Positions 13,390 through 26,782 of a stretch of 64,000 bases of DNA are shown in pieces (within the stretch, counting starts at the first letter, position 1; each line of letters opens with the position of its first letter). The stretch comes from the human T2T-CHM13v2.0 reference genome, Homo sapiens. The translations under genes were made by a program, and so were the position numbers. The DNA is taken from the NCBI RefSeq assembly GCF_009914755.1, contig NC_060937.1. One strand, written 5' to 3'. The notes under the pieces were generated by a model, which worked only from the letters and a program-made list of their open reading frames with translations, did not search any database and was not told the DNA's origin.

Positions 13390-13945
13390 TTTCACCCCAC
13401 TTTTATTGAGGTATAATTAAGGAAATCATGCACATATTTAACATGTACAATCTGATGACTGGATATACTGATATGTGTACACACTGTGAAATGGTAACGA
13501 CAGTCAAGTTAATTAACACATGTATCACCTTATACAGTAGCCTTATTTTTCCTTTTTCTTTTTTTTTTTTTTTTTGGTGAGGTTCCTTAAAATCTACTTA
13601 CTGTATTAGCAAACTTCAAGAACATAATACAGAATTATAAATTATAGCCACCATATTGTCCATTAGATACTCAGGACTTACTCATCTTAAAACTGAAAGT
13701 TCGAGCCCTTTAACAGCCCCCCATTTCCCCTGCCCCATTCCCTGGCAACCACCATTTTATTCTATATTATGATAAGTTTGATTTTTTTTCTTTGCAGATT
13801 CCATATAGAAGTAAAATCATACAATATTTGTCTTTTTGTGTCTGGCTTATTTCACTTACGATAATGGCCTCAACTTTCACCGACATTGTTTCAAATGGCA
13901 GAATTTCCTTCATTTTTAAGGTTGAATAATACTCTACTGAATACA

Positions 13946-13990
<45 letters not shown>

Positions 13991-14552
13991 AATGCTTCAT
14001 CCATTCATCTGTCAATGAACACATACATTGTTCCCAAACCTTGGCTTTTGTGAATAATGCCACAATAAATATGAGAGTGCAAATATCTCTTTGAGATATT
14101 TTATTTCCTTTGGAAGTATACCCAGAAGTGGGATTTATGGATTATGTGGTAGTTCTATTTTATTTTTTTTAGAAAACTCTCTAATTTTTTACACAATGAC
14201 TGTGTCAGTCTATATTCTGCTTAAAGGTGTCCAAATGTGTTTTTTTCTTTACATACTCTCCAAAATTTGTTATCTCTTGCCTTTTTGATAATAGCAATCT
14301 TAATAGGTGTAAGGTGATATCTCATTGTGGTTTTGATGTGCATTTATCTGCTTATTAGTGAGGCTAAACACATTTTCATATATCAGTTCTCCATTTTTAT
14401 GTCTATTTTAATTATAAAATATGTCAATTTAATTACTTTATCCATTTAAAAATTTTTTTTGTTTATTTGCTATTGAGTTGTGTGAGTTTCTTATGTATTT
14501 AGATATTAACACCTTATGAAATATATGGCTTTTAAATATTTTCCCACAATAT
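13390..14552 (-). mobile_element. L1MA9-like 3' segment (non-inverted part)
   Basis: cttttattgaggtataatt...gtcaagttaattaacacatgtatcacc...actcatcttaaaactgaaagt; ORF2 C-terminal peptide MALFTKAKVWEQ...EYYSTLKMKEILPF. Confidence 0.9.
13949..13985. repeat. (TA)n microsatellite
   Basis: About 18 TA units. Confidence 0.95.
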
Positions 14553-14559
14553 CCTTTGC

Positions 14560-15807
14560 CGATTAAAAAAAACACTTTACAAATCTTTTATAGAATGAAT
14601 GTACCTCAACATGAAAAGGCCACATATGACAAGCCTAGGGCTAACATTATACTTAACAGTAAAAAGCTGAAAGCTTTTCCTCTAAGATCAGAAACAAGAT
14701 GACCACACCTACTCTTGCCACTTCTATTTATTATAGTACTGGAAGTTTTAGTGAGAACAATTAAACAAGGAAAACAAAGGCATGCAAAGTGAAAAAAGAA
14801 AGAAGTAAAATTGTCTCTGTTTGCAGATGACAAAATCCTACATACAGAAAACCCTAAAAACTCCATTGAAAAATTGTTAAAACTAACAATGAAGTTAGAG
14901 GATACAAAAGCAATACTAAAATGTTAGTCATTTCTCTACATTAACAATAATCTATCTGAAGGAGAACTTATGGAAGAATCTCATTTATAATATCATCAAA
15001 AATTTATATACTCAGAAAAAAGTTTAACAATGGAGATGAAGTATTTGTATACTGAAAACTATAAAAGATTTGTGAAAGGAATGGAAGAAGACACAAATTT
15101 ATAAGAAGATATTTATTAGATTGGAAGAGTCAATATTGGTAAAATGTCCGTACTACACAAAGCAAACTACAGATCCAATGCAACCCCTATTAAAATTTCA
15201 AAGGCATTTTTCATTAGAAATTTTTTAAAACCATGAAATTTATATGGATCCACAAAATATCTCAAATACCTAAAGCCATCTGTTAAAAAATAACAAAGCT
15301 GGAGGAATTATACTTCTTGATTTCTAATTACATTACAAAGCTATAGTAACCAAAACAGTACAGTCTGGCATGAAAACAGACATATAGACCAATGAAACAG
15401 AATAAAAAGCCCAGAAATAAACTCATGTATATATGGTTAACTAATCTTTGACAAGGGCACTAATAACTTACAATGGAAATAGAATAGTTTCTTCAACAAA
15501 TGATGTTGGTATAAGTAGGTATCTACCTGCAAAAAAGAAAAAAATAAAAAGAAGAAAACTGACCATACCTTTTACCAGTTATGAAAGTTCAGAATTAAAA
15601 TGGATTAAAGACTCCATGTAAGACTTGAAACTCAAATGATTCTAGAAAAAATCACAGGGACAAATATCCTTGACGCTGGCTTTTGATATGACATCAAAAA
15701 CACAGGCAACAAAAACAAAAATAAACAAATGAGACTACATAAGACTAAAAAGCTTCTGTGCAACAGAGAAAACAATCCACAAAATAAGAAGTAAAACTGT
15801 GGAATGC
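14560..15807 (+). mobile_element. L1MA ORF2 (RT region); inverted 5' segment of the preceding L1
   Basis: aaaagctgaaagcttttcctctaagatcagaaacaaga; ctgtttgcagatgaca (FADD); acaaagctggaggaatta. Confidence 0.9.
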
Positions 15808-16814
15808 TTCTTGAGCCAGAAAGTGTTTTCTTCTTTCTTACCTTTTATCTTAAGAAAAATTAGCTTAACACATTTGTAGTTATTAATATCATTAATAATC
15901 AATTCTATCATTAACCAGCATATTGAGAATAAAAATTTTAAGCAAGGTAAAATTTTATGACTAATTTTCTAATAGCCTTTTGGGCTAAAGCTTTGGTTCT
16001 GAGAGAGATGAGGAAAACAAATATATCATAATTAAATCTGCAGCAAAACGTGATTAGAAGAACTAAAGTGTAAGCTTATTTTTTCAGAGAACTATGGAGA
16101 TTTAATCCATTGTCTTATTATCTAACACTTTCACTTTATTTTGCTTTTCTTTATTTCAGATATTATTTGTTCCTGTGTTAAGGCACTGTATTACAAGACT
16201 ACTTTCTTCTTAAATATCACTTGGAGGGTGGTATTTCTTATATTTAATTCTTTATATAGCTGTTCGAATATGGCTTTAATAAATATGATAAGGAAAATAG
16301 AGACTATTCTAATGAAAGTGAGCAAACTCATTTGGACTAATTCTCCAACTGAAAACAATTGAATATACTGGATTCAACAATTGAAGAATTTAAAGCATAA
16401 TGAGAAATTATCAGGTTAGAATATTCTCATATTCTAAAATCCTAGATAAGAAAATTGAGTCCCACAACAAATATATACACACAATTTCATACACATATGT
16501 GCACACACATAAGACAGAAGGAGAAATACAGCAAATTTGGTTGAAAGTCAGAAAAAATATTCAGTCTTGTTTAGAAGTACGAGCTTCTCAAACTATTCTC
16601 AAAACTTTTATAAAACATATGTTTAAATAGTTATATTTTTAACCAAAGAAAAACAAAACACCCTACTTTTAACATATCTCTTTATTGAATGAAAATCTAT
16701 TGACCTTAATATACTCCAAGAAAGATTATCTATTAGATATTATTTTACTCATTTGGATAGGTAAAAGCTACATAGTGAGTTTACAGACTGTTTAACAATG
16801 TTTATAAAGGTAGT

Positions 16815-17020
16815 GAAAATAGACACCGAGAACTACTAGACTAGAGGGAGGAGATCAAGAGAGGGTCAAAGGCTGAAAAATTAACTATTGGTTATTATAC
16901 TCAGTATCTGGGTAACAGGATCAATCACACCCCAAACCTCAGTGTAATGCACTATACCCATGTAACACAGTTGCACGTATACCTCCAAATCTAAAATAAA
17001 AGCTGAAATTATTTAAAAAC
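16815..17020 (+). mobile_element. L1PB3/4-like 3' end
   Basis: aattaactattggttattatactcagtatctgggtaacaggatcaatcacaccccaaacctcag...aatctaaaataaaagctgaaatt. Confidence 0.85.
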
Positions 17021-17084
17021 TATATTTAGATGTTTAAATGCAATAATAATAATGTCTTCAAAATGTAGAAAAAATACATATACA

Positions 17085-17240
17085 TTATTTGTTCTTCTTA
17101 TCCACAGGTTCTGCATCCATGGATTCAACCAAGTGTGGTTTGTAATTATTCAAATAAAAAAAGTATGGTTACTTCTGTACTGAACGTTAACATATTTTTT
17201 TTCTTGTCACTATTTCCTAAATAATATAGTATAACAACTA
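17085..17240 (-). mobile_element. MER2 (TcMar-Tigger), first half
   Basis: atccacaggttctgcatccatggattcaacc...agtataacaacta matches MER2; interrupted at a TA. Confidence 0.85.
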
Positions 17241-19618
17241 AAGGCATATCTTGGAAATATTGCAATTTCTGTTCCATAGCACAATAAACTGAGTATTTCC
17301 ATAAAGTGAGTCACAAAATTTTGGTTTACAAGTGCATATGTAAAGTTACATTTACACTGTAATATAGAGTCTATTAAATGTGCAATAGCATTATGTCTAA
17401 AAATTGTAATGTTAAATATTTTATTGCTAAAAATTACTAATGATTATCTGAGCCTTCAGCAAGTGGTAATATTTTTGATGGCAGAGGGTCTTGCCTTTAT
17501 GTTGATGGCTGCTGACTGATGAATATAGTGGTTGCTGAAGGTTGAGGTTGCTGTAAAAATTTCTTGAAATCAAGCAACAGTGAAGTTTGCCACGTTGATT
17601 GACTCTACTTTTCATTGAAGATTTCTCTGTAGCATGTGATCCTGTTTGATAAATATTGCCCACAAAACTATTTTTCAAAATTAGAGTCTATTTTCAAAAA
17701 CTGCTGTGGCTTTATCAGCTTTGTTTGTATAATATTCTCAATCCTTTTTTTTTTTGGTCATTTCTATAAGTAATAATCCTTTTTTGTCATTTCACAGTAT
17801 CTTTGCTAAGAGTCGATTCCATCTTAAGAAAAACCTTTCTTTGCTTACCCAAAATGGGCAACCCTTCATCCATTCCAGTTTAATCAGGAAATTTCAGCAA
17901 TTCAGTCACATCTTCAGTCTCCACTTTTAATCCTAGGAATTTTGCTAATTCCACTACGTTTGCAATTACTTCCTCCACTGAAGTCTTTGACTCCTCAAAG
18001 TTGTCCTTAACGTTGGGATCAACTTCTTCCAAACTCCTTTTAATGTTGATATTTTGGCCTTCTGCCATGATTAATGGATGTTCTTAATGTCATGTAGAAT
18101 AATGAGTTCTTTTCAGAAGGTTTTCAAGTTACTGTGCCCAGATCCATCACTATCACTATGGCAGCTATAGCCTTACCGAATATATTTCTCAAATAATAAG
18201 ACTTAATAGTCGAAATTGCTCCTCGATTCATGGGCTCCACGTTGTGTTATCAGGCATGAAAACAACATTAATATCCTTGTCATCTCTATCAGAGCTATAG
18301 GGCGACTAGGAGAATTGTCAATGAGCAGTAATGTTTTGAAATAAATATTTTACTCTTTTTTTCTGAGTAATAGGTCTCAACACAGGGTTTAAATATTCAG
18401 GAATCTGTACTGTAAATAGATATACTGTCATCAGTCTATTTTTACTCTGTTTATACAGCACAGGCAGAGTAGATTTAGCGTAATTCTTAAGGGCCTTGTA
18501 TTTTCAGCATGGTAAATAAGCATTGGCATCAATTTACTTTCACTGGTTTTATTAACCTCTAACAAGAATCAACTTGTCTTTTGAAGCTTCGAGGCCAGTC
18601 ATTGACTTCTCCTCTATATCTATGATGCCCTAAATGACATCTTCTTCCAATAGAAGGCTGTTTCATCTACATCAAAAATCTATTGTTTAGTGTAACCACT
18701 TTCATTAATTATCTTAGCTCAACCTTCTGGACTAATTGCTGCTACTATTACTAAAACTCCTGTTTCTTCATCTTGCACTAAGGCTTCTTTCCTTAGACCT
18801 CATGAACCAACCTCCACTATCTTCAAACTTTTCTTCTGCAGCTTTATCATCTCTCTTGGCTTTCATAGAGTTGAAGATACTTAGGCCTTGCTCTGGATTA
18901 GGTTTTGGCTTAAGAAAATGCTGTGATCGGTTTGATCTTCTAGCCAGGCCACAAAAACTTTCCCATATCATCAATAAGGCGATTTCACTTTCTTTCCATT
19001 CCTATGTTTACTGAAGTAGCACTTTAATTTCCTTTAAGAATCTTTTTTTTTTTTTTTTTCATTCACAGCTTGGCCAACTGGCACAAGAGGCCTAGCTTTT
19101 AGTTATCTCAGCTTTTGACATGACTTCCTAAGTTAAATCATTTCTAGCTTTTTATTTAAAGTAAGAAACAGTCAACTTTTTCTTTCACTTAAACACTTAG
19201 AGGCCATATCAAGGTAAAACCACTAGCCTAATTTTAATAATTTTGTGTTTCATGGAATAGGGAATCCAAGGAGAGAGGGAGAAATGTGAAAATGGGTCGT
19301 CAGTGGAGCACTCAGAAGACATGCAATTATCATCTAATATTCGTGTAGTCAGTGGTACCCCAAAACAATCACAATAGTAATATCAAAGATAATTGACCAC
19401 AGATTACCATAAAATATATAATAATAATGAAAATAATATTTCAAATATTATTAAAATTAATCAAGTGTGACACAGAGACATGAAGTGAGCATATGCTTTT
19501 GGATAAAAGGAGTTGATAGACTTCCTTGATGCAGGATTGGCACAAACCTTCAATTTGTGAAAAGTGCAATATCTGAGAAGTGCCATAAAGTGAAACAGAA
19601 TAAAGTGAAAGAAGTGTG
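17241..19618 (-). mobile_element. Near full-length Tigger1 DNA transposon (~2.38 kb)
   Basis: Both Tigger1 ends recognisable (aggcatatcttggaaatattgc; aaaccttcaatttgtgaaaagtgcaatatctgagaagtgc); TA at 17239-40 and 19619-20. Confidence 0.93.
17427..18974 (-). pseudogene. Disrupted Tigger1 (pogo-family) transposase
   Basis: Peptides IFNSMKAKRDDKAAEEKFEDSGGWFMRSKER and NFEESKTSVEEVIANVVELAKFLGLKVETEDVTELL match Tigger1 transposase; broken by stops and frameshifts. Confidence 0.88.
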
Positions 19619-19801
19619 TATTTAAATTTATTTGTAAACTTACCTTATTATAAGAAATCTAGAGATTATTTGAATGAAAGAATGTGCATAGGTTATATGT
19701 AAGTGCTAAGCCATTTTATATTAAGTACTTGAGCATCCATGGATTTTGGTATTCCTAGGGAGTCTTGGAACCAATCTTTCATGGATACTAAGGGATGATT
19801 T

Positions 19802-19803
<2 letters not shown>
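19619..19803 (-). mobile_element. MER2, second half
   Basis: aatgtgcataggttatatg...acttgagcatccatggattttggtatt...ggaaccaatctttcatggatactaaggga. Confidence 0.88.

Positions 19804-19836
<33 letters not shown>
19804..19836. repeat. (TG)n microsatellite
   Basis: About 16 TG units. Confidence 0.97.
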
Positions 19837-19839
<3 letters not shown>

Positions 19840-20013
19840 TGTGTAATTTTTAAATGATACAATAATGTAAATATCTGGAGGGAGAGATTATATAGAGTTC
19901 AAATATTCTAAAAGTCTTTATTATATGGGAATAGGACCAAGATCCACCTTAAGTCAGCATTGAAACTCTTCCTCTCCCAATATCTTCTATTAGATTAAGC
20001 CTTCAAAACCTAT

Positions 20014-20394
20014 TGATATGGTTAAGCTTTGTGGCCCCACCCAAATCTCATCTTGAATTGTAATCCCCATAATCCTTCTAATCCCCACATGTTAAGGGAG
20101 ATACAAGGTGGACGTAATTGAATCATTAGGGTGGTTTCCCCAATGCTGTTCTCCTGATAGTGAGTGAGTTCTCATGATATCTAATGGTTTTATAAGAAAC
20201 TGTTCCCATTTTACTCGGACTTCTCCTTCCTGTTGCCTTGTGAAGAAGGTGCCTTGCTTCTCCTTCCGCCATGATTCTAAGTTTCCTGAGGCCTGCCCAG
20301 CCATGCTGAACTGTGAGTCAATTAAACCTCTTTCTTTTGTAAATTACCCAGTCTCAGGTATGTCTTTATAGCAGTGTGAAAATGGACGAATACA
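20014..20394 (+). mobile_element. THE1C/D solo LTR (MaLR)
   Basis: tgatatggtt...cccacccaaatctcatcttgaattg...aatggacgaataca; perfect 5-bp TSD cctat at 20009-13 and 20395-99. Confidence 0.93.
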
Positions 20395-21248
20395 CCTATC
20401 TTCCTAGTTACTATCCTTGATATTTTTCACTTTCTCATGCAGTGCAATTTCACTCTGCCCAGGTTTTTTCATGGTCTCACCCTATCACTTATATTAAATA
20501 AATAGGCTTATTGTGTTTCCTACAATACTATCTAGAATATGAGGCTAAGCCTCCTGTGGTATCACATTTAACTGTAAATATTGGGAGGATTCTGGTGTGC
20601 AGAAGAGCATGAGCCTCCTGTTATTTCAAATGGGATTTGTATCTCCCTTACAAGAATTTTCCCTTTTTAGTATCCAGGCCTCTCCCACCTCAACCAATGT
20701 GTCTTCTTTTTGATGTTCTACTCTAGGACTTGATGTGAAAATCCTGCCTGGCTGGACCTTTCTGAGATAGGCATTCCTAGAGCTTCAAGTGAAATCAGAA
20801 AATCAGCCACCCTAGCAGTAACAAGTAACCCCATTTCATGAGAAAAGAATTACAAGGATATACTGGAGTTCCACTGTAGAAGTAAAGAAGAAAAGTGGTC
20901 CATCCACCCAATCTGGCTGTGTGTTCTCCTAAGACATGCTTGATCAGTAGTTATTTTCTTCTTCTATTATGGAAACAGTCTGGATGTGGCTGTTCTGAAA
21001 ATGTTTGACGAAAAATCAAGGAAGTTACATATGCTAAATAGATATGATAAAATTAGACTTACCACATCCAGCAGCTGCATGGTGCAGTAACTGCCTCTAT
21101 TTCCTGTGTGTGGGTGTGGTGGGGGTGAAGGGTTAAAATGAGGGTGTTTGGCAGACAGGATAGAAAGTTGAAATAAGTAACGGAATGAGTAATTTATGTT
21201 CTCGCCTGAGACAGGCTGCTGGATAGCAGCAGTTCATGGCAAACTCAT

Positions 21249-21609
21249 TGTCTTAGTCTGTTCAGGCTGCTACAACTAAATATCTTAGTCTGGGTAATAT
21301 ATAAACAATAGAAATTTATTGCTCCCAGTTCTGGAGGCTGAGAAGTCCAAGATCAAGGCATAAGCATATGCAGTGTCTGGTGAAGGCTTGATCTCTTCTT
21401 CAAAACAGCATCCTCATGTTGAGTTCTCACATGGTGGAAGGGGTAAACCAGCTCCCTTCCTATTTTATAAGGGCACTAATACCATTATGAGAGTTGAGCC
21501 TTCATAACCTAATCATACCCAAGTCTCCTTCTCTTAATAGTATTGGATTGGGGATTAGCTTTCAACAGAGGAATTTGGGAGGGGAGACACAAACTTTTAG
21601 GCCACAGCA
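21249..21609 (-). mobile_element. MLT1A0-like solo LTR
   Basis: tgtcttagtctgttcaggctgc...gaaatttattgctcccagttctggaggctgagaagtccaagatcaagg...cacagca. Confidence 0.88.
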
Positions 21610-23650
21610 TTAGTCTTTATTCCCTTTCTAATAACTATGTGTGTGTGTGTTGTATTAACTTTAGGTTCAAAACCTGTGCTAAACATGACACACAACACTG
21701 TCACCATCTATCTTTATAAGGTTCCATTCTTACTTGTTTCTTTCTCTTCTTCAGCCCTAATATTAGCTTGGACTCCTCAGCACTGTAGGAACTCATGAAA
21801 TATATTTGATATATAGAGTTAAAATGCACATATCCTTGTAAATTATGAAGTCCTGTTTTCTGAGTCAAGGTGTCATTAGTTTACATGCATGGAATACGCT
21901 ATTACTTATTTAAAATAATCCCACCTTTTAAATCTATTCACATATTCTTATATATTCACAAATTCATTCAAAATTACTTTCACAAAGCAAGAATCTGACA
22001 TTGTAAGTTGTTGTTAGAATCTCAATAATTGAAATCTGCAAGTCCTAGTCTTTTAAATAATGAAATGTTTAAAAAGTTAATAAAGTTTTATATATAAATA
22101 AATATATATATAATATTAACTGAAGAGAATGATAAAATTGCAATTCTGTTTAATAACCTAAGATGATTTCATACAAATCCATGTGGACAGAGAGAAATCC
22201 AGATGTTCAAATATGTATCAACTCATCAGTCTTAGAGCTTGCATGACTTTACCAGTAATATGTAACTAAAAGGGGCTGGATAATTGGAGAGAGGGAGAGA
22301 CAGGAATTACTGAGGAGAATTTCTTTAGCACAAGCTCTTCTGTAAGTTCTACCCATATCTTCCCCATGGGACATATAGGGACTGTCTACTACTCAAATCT
22401 AAGTTTAAAAGGGTTGGTTTTAACAGGATCATTCAAAGAACATTATTTAACCTGCAGAGTCTGGGGTCTGACCTCTACCCCAGGAAACCTGGAAAGTAGC
22501 ACTCAATGGCCTAATGAGATTCTTGGGAGTTAGAGTTAAGATGAGACCTGACAGTATTTCATAGGTGGTCAAAGAATGCAATGTGAGTTTTCTTTGAACA
22601 GGGAGTCAGGGAAGAGTTGGTGATTGCCGTGTCAAATTCTTTTCACAAATGCAATAGAATCAAACATTTAATCATCTGAGAAGTGGCCTGCTGGAGATCC
22701 AGGAACCAAGGATTAAGTGAACTCTGCTTCACTCAACTATTATTTGTAGCAATTTTCAAATTATCTTTAATACTCTCATACTTATAATCACTTAAAAAAA
22801 TTTTTAAAGTGTATCTTGGCAATGGCTTAAGAAAGCCTATCATTTTTATTTCTTCTTCACAATGTTAAACTCACTTTCTCTTGTCTGAATTGGTTCTTTT
22901 GTCTCACAGTGGGTCCTTTTCATTTCATTGTACATCCTGCAAATTTCTACTAAAATAATCTACTCTGAAAAATTGCCACTTGCATTTTAAACACATAAAA
23001 CAAGTTATATTTATGCCATTTATTTCCATGCATGCATCCAATATTATTTTTAACTTTTCACTTTGCATTCTACTTGATTATGAATTGAGATCAATTATGT
23101 AGAACAGTGTTCTGCTGTAGGGAATGTTATATGCTACAAGGTGATTTGGTGAACATTTTGTTTGCTAAGGTTGTTAGATGTTATGCACACAATGCAGAAT
23201 TGTCTCAAACACTGCCTAAATTTCCAACGTTCCAATAATCAATCATATGGCTGGAACCCACATTTAGCATTATTTAACCTTCCAGCCTAATTCAATTGTA
23301 TACTCAAGTGAAACTCTTTTAACATACTTTTACTGTGCTTCAAATTCCCAGAAAAGAAACTATGTGTAAACTGAGGGAAGGTTTATTTTTATTTCATAGT
23401 ATAAGTTCATGTTAATAAATCTTCAGCATAATAAAAAGATATTATAAAAATGTAGTAAATAATTTTATGTGTGATTTTTGATAGGTTAATTTAATAAAAA
23501 TTCTGTTACTATGTGAAATGCAACATATTTAAAATGCAATTTTGATTTTTAAATGAGCAATTATAACTTTTTAGAACCTTATTGTGTTTTGTGTTGATAA
23601 AAGTAGCATGTTTTGTTTTAAGTATAGCACAATTTAATTATTGAAAAATA

Positions 23651-24146
<496 letters not shown>

Positions 24147-24293
24147 CTAATAGAATAAAAATAATTTGGGGAAGATAGAGACAAGGAAGGAATGAGAAAA
24201 CATACAATCATATTCCTGAGAGAAAGGATAATAATATAATATCCATAATATAGGAATAACATGATGTAACAAATGACCTTAAAAAGAATAACA

Positions 24294-24600
<307 letters not shown>

Positions 24601-26169
24601 GGAATAACAATGAGATTCAGAAAGTTAAAATATGCTAGTGAATAAAAAAAAGAAAACAGATAAAGAGAAACTTAAAGCTAAATAACATAGGAGAAACTTG
24701 GGGGGATGAAGTTATAAAAAGTTTACATTAACTAGAGTAAAATTTTCAAAAGATAAAAATAGAGAAATAAACTAATCAAGAAAAAAGAAGACAATTATTA
24801 CTTGGGGAAAAACAAAATAATGAATACGAAATTAAGTGGTGTAATAGAACTCTACATGGCTTAGCTGTCAGTAACTTCAATATTTATATAACTATAAACT
24901 CAAAATTTTGATTTAACTAAAAATTATTTTACAAATACATTAATTGTGTAAGATGGGGGAAATTTGCAATATTCTTGCAGTCAATAATGAGAAATCAAAA
25001 GCCATGCCTAAAATTGAAAAAAAAAATATATATATATATAGGTAGCTCTATAAAAGTGTTACTCAGAAAAAATGGTAGTAAATTCTCAATAGTAAGTAAA
25101 CCGTTTGAAATGAGATCCTTTTGAGGATGAAAAAATGATTGAGTAAAAGCTACTAGTTTTTATACAAATTTTGGGGAAATGTTTAAAATTTAACCTGTTT
25201 ATAATTTTATAAAAGTATTTATTTTCTATTGCTGCATTTTATTTTAAAAAACAAAAGAACATTGCTTAGAATCTTGCACATAGTTATTAGTAAGATTTCT
25301 AAAGTATTTACATATTATTTGGATACATATAATACAAATATATATAATGTAAATGTAATGTATATATAATTCATATATATATATAATGACACCAACACAT
25401 TGTAGGCCTAAAGACTTTGATTACTTTGTGGCTTGGTTAAAATTATGGTTATGCTTTACACTATACTTAACAATTATATTTAAGAAATCCTTTGAACGGA
25501 GGATGACATACACAAGAAATTTGCAAAACAGGATTTACTAGGTAAACAAAAACAGTGTGGTTTCAAAGATGAGAGGAATTAAAGACTATTTGTTACCAAT
25601 AAATAAAACTTACATAAAATCTAAATTTTCACTGTCATTTTTCTAAAAGCTACTTCCATGTGTCTATTTTAAAAATGCTAAACATTATCTTACATGTTTC
25701 AGATGTGGTATAATTTTTCCTCTGTTACTCTTTTTTAAAAATTATTTAATGCTCATGAGTATAACTAGAAAAGCTGACATTATAGATTGGGGATTGGGGA
25801 TGGTTATCTGAATGTATTGGGGAACTATTAATGTAAGCAACACATTTGGGGGTGAGATTTATGACAGAAGAGAGGCAGCAAACTGCCTGACATTCAACAC
25901 TGATTTTCTATGTATTTACTGATTTGCAAGAAGCAACTGAAAGTTCAAGACTGATCAGAACTTTGAGAATCCCTAAGATACACTTAGGAAATAAAAATAA
26001 CATTTGGGGGTTCATCACAATGGAAAGGACTTTGGTAATATTTCGGAATTTTAGTGTGGATCCTTTAGTGTGGTAGTCAGTACGTTAAAACTACAAATGT
26101 AACTGCACTCACATAGCCTAGAAATAAGATAACCTGGTCAATGTCTTATATTTTTGTGCTCTTCCTCTA

Positions 26170-26460
26170 GTTTAATCGCATACTGAAACTAAAGTTTATC
26201 TTCTCTGGAGGAGAGCAGTGTTACATCAAATTAATCTTGTCAACCAAGAGATATCAATTAATCATGTGTACTAGGTTGTCTTTGTGCATATGTGGGTAGT
26301 GATTGGGACTTCCAAGAGGCTTCTCTTGTTGGTGTAGTTCTATCTTATGTTCTGTTGATCATTCCATTACTTGTATTTGTTTTCTGAATATTCATCAGGC
26401 TGTGCACTTATGACTTTGCACTTTTCATATGTGTGCGATATTATAATAACTGTTTTAAAA
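26170..26460 (+). mobile_element. L1ME 3' end fragment
   Basis: attcatcaggctgtgcacttatgactttgcacttttcatatgtgtg resembles the L1ME3/4 terminus. Confidence 0.6.
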
Positions 26461-26782
26461 GAAATGCAATTTAAAATTTCAAGACATTTTTATGTCTTCC
26501 AAGGTATGTATATTTGTATGTTTCTAACAGGAAGCTATATTTATTAGGATATTGCTCAGAAATGTATTTTTGATTTGATTTTTTGTCATATGAAGAATAA
26601 TTTGATTTGTAACCATTTACCCTGATGTATTTATACCTAGTAGGATATAAGACTTGTGTTTTTATAGAGCTAAAAGAGTCTTTATATTCTTCATGCAATT
26701 AAGAAAAATTTACAGGTTAGATTAATTTTAAAACAAAAAAGACAAAATTTTATTTTCACTATGCATTTTAATTTACACATTT

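Noticed and set aside
17427-18974. Possible domesticated TIGD-type transposase gene
   Set aside because: Multiple stops and frameshifts; embedded in an ordinary Tigger1 copy
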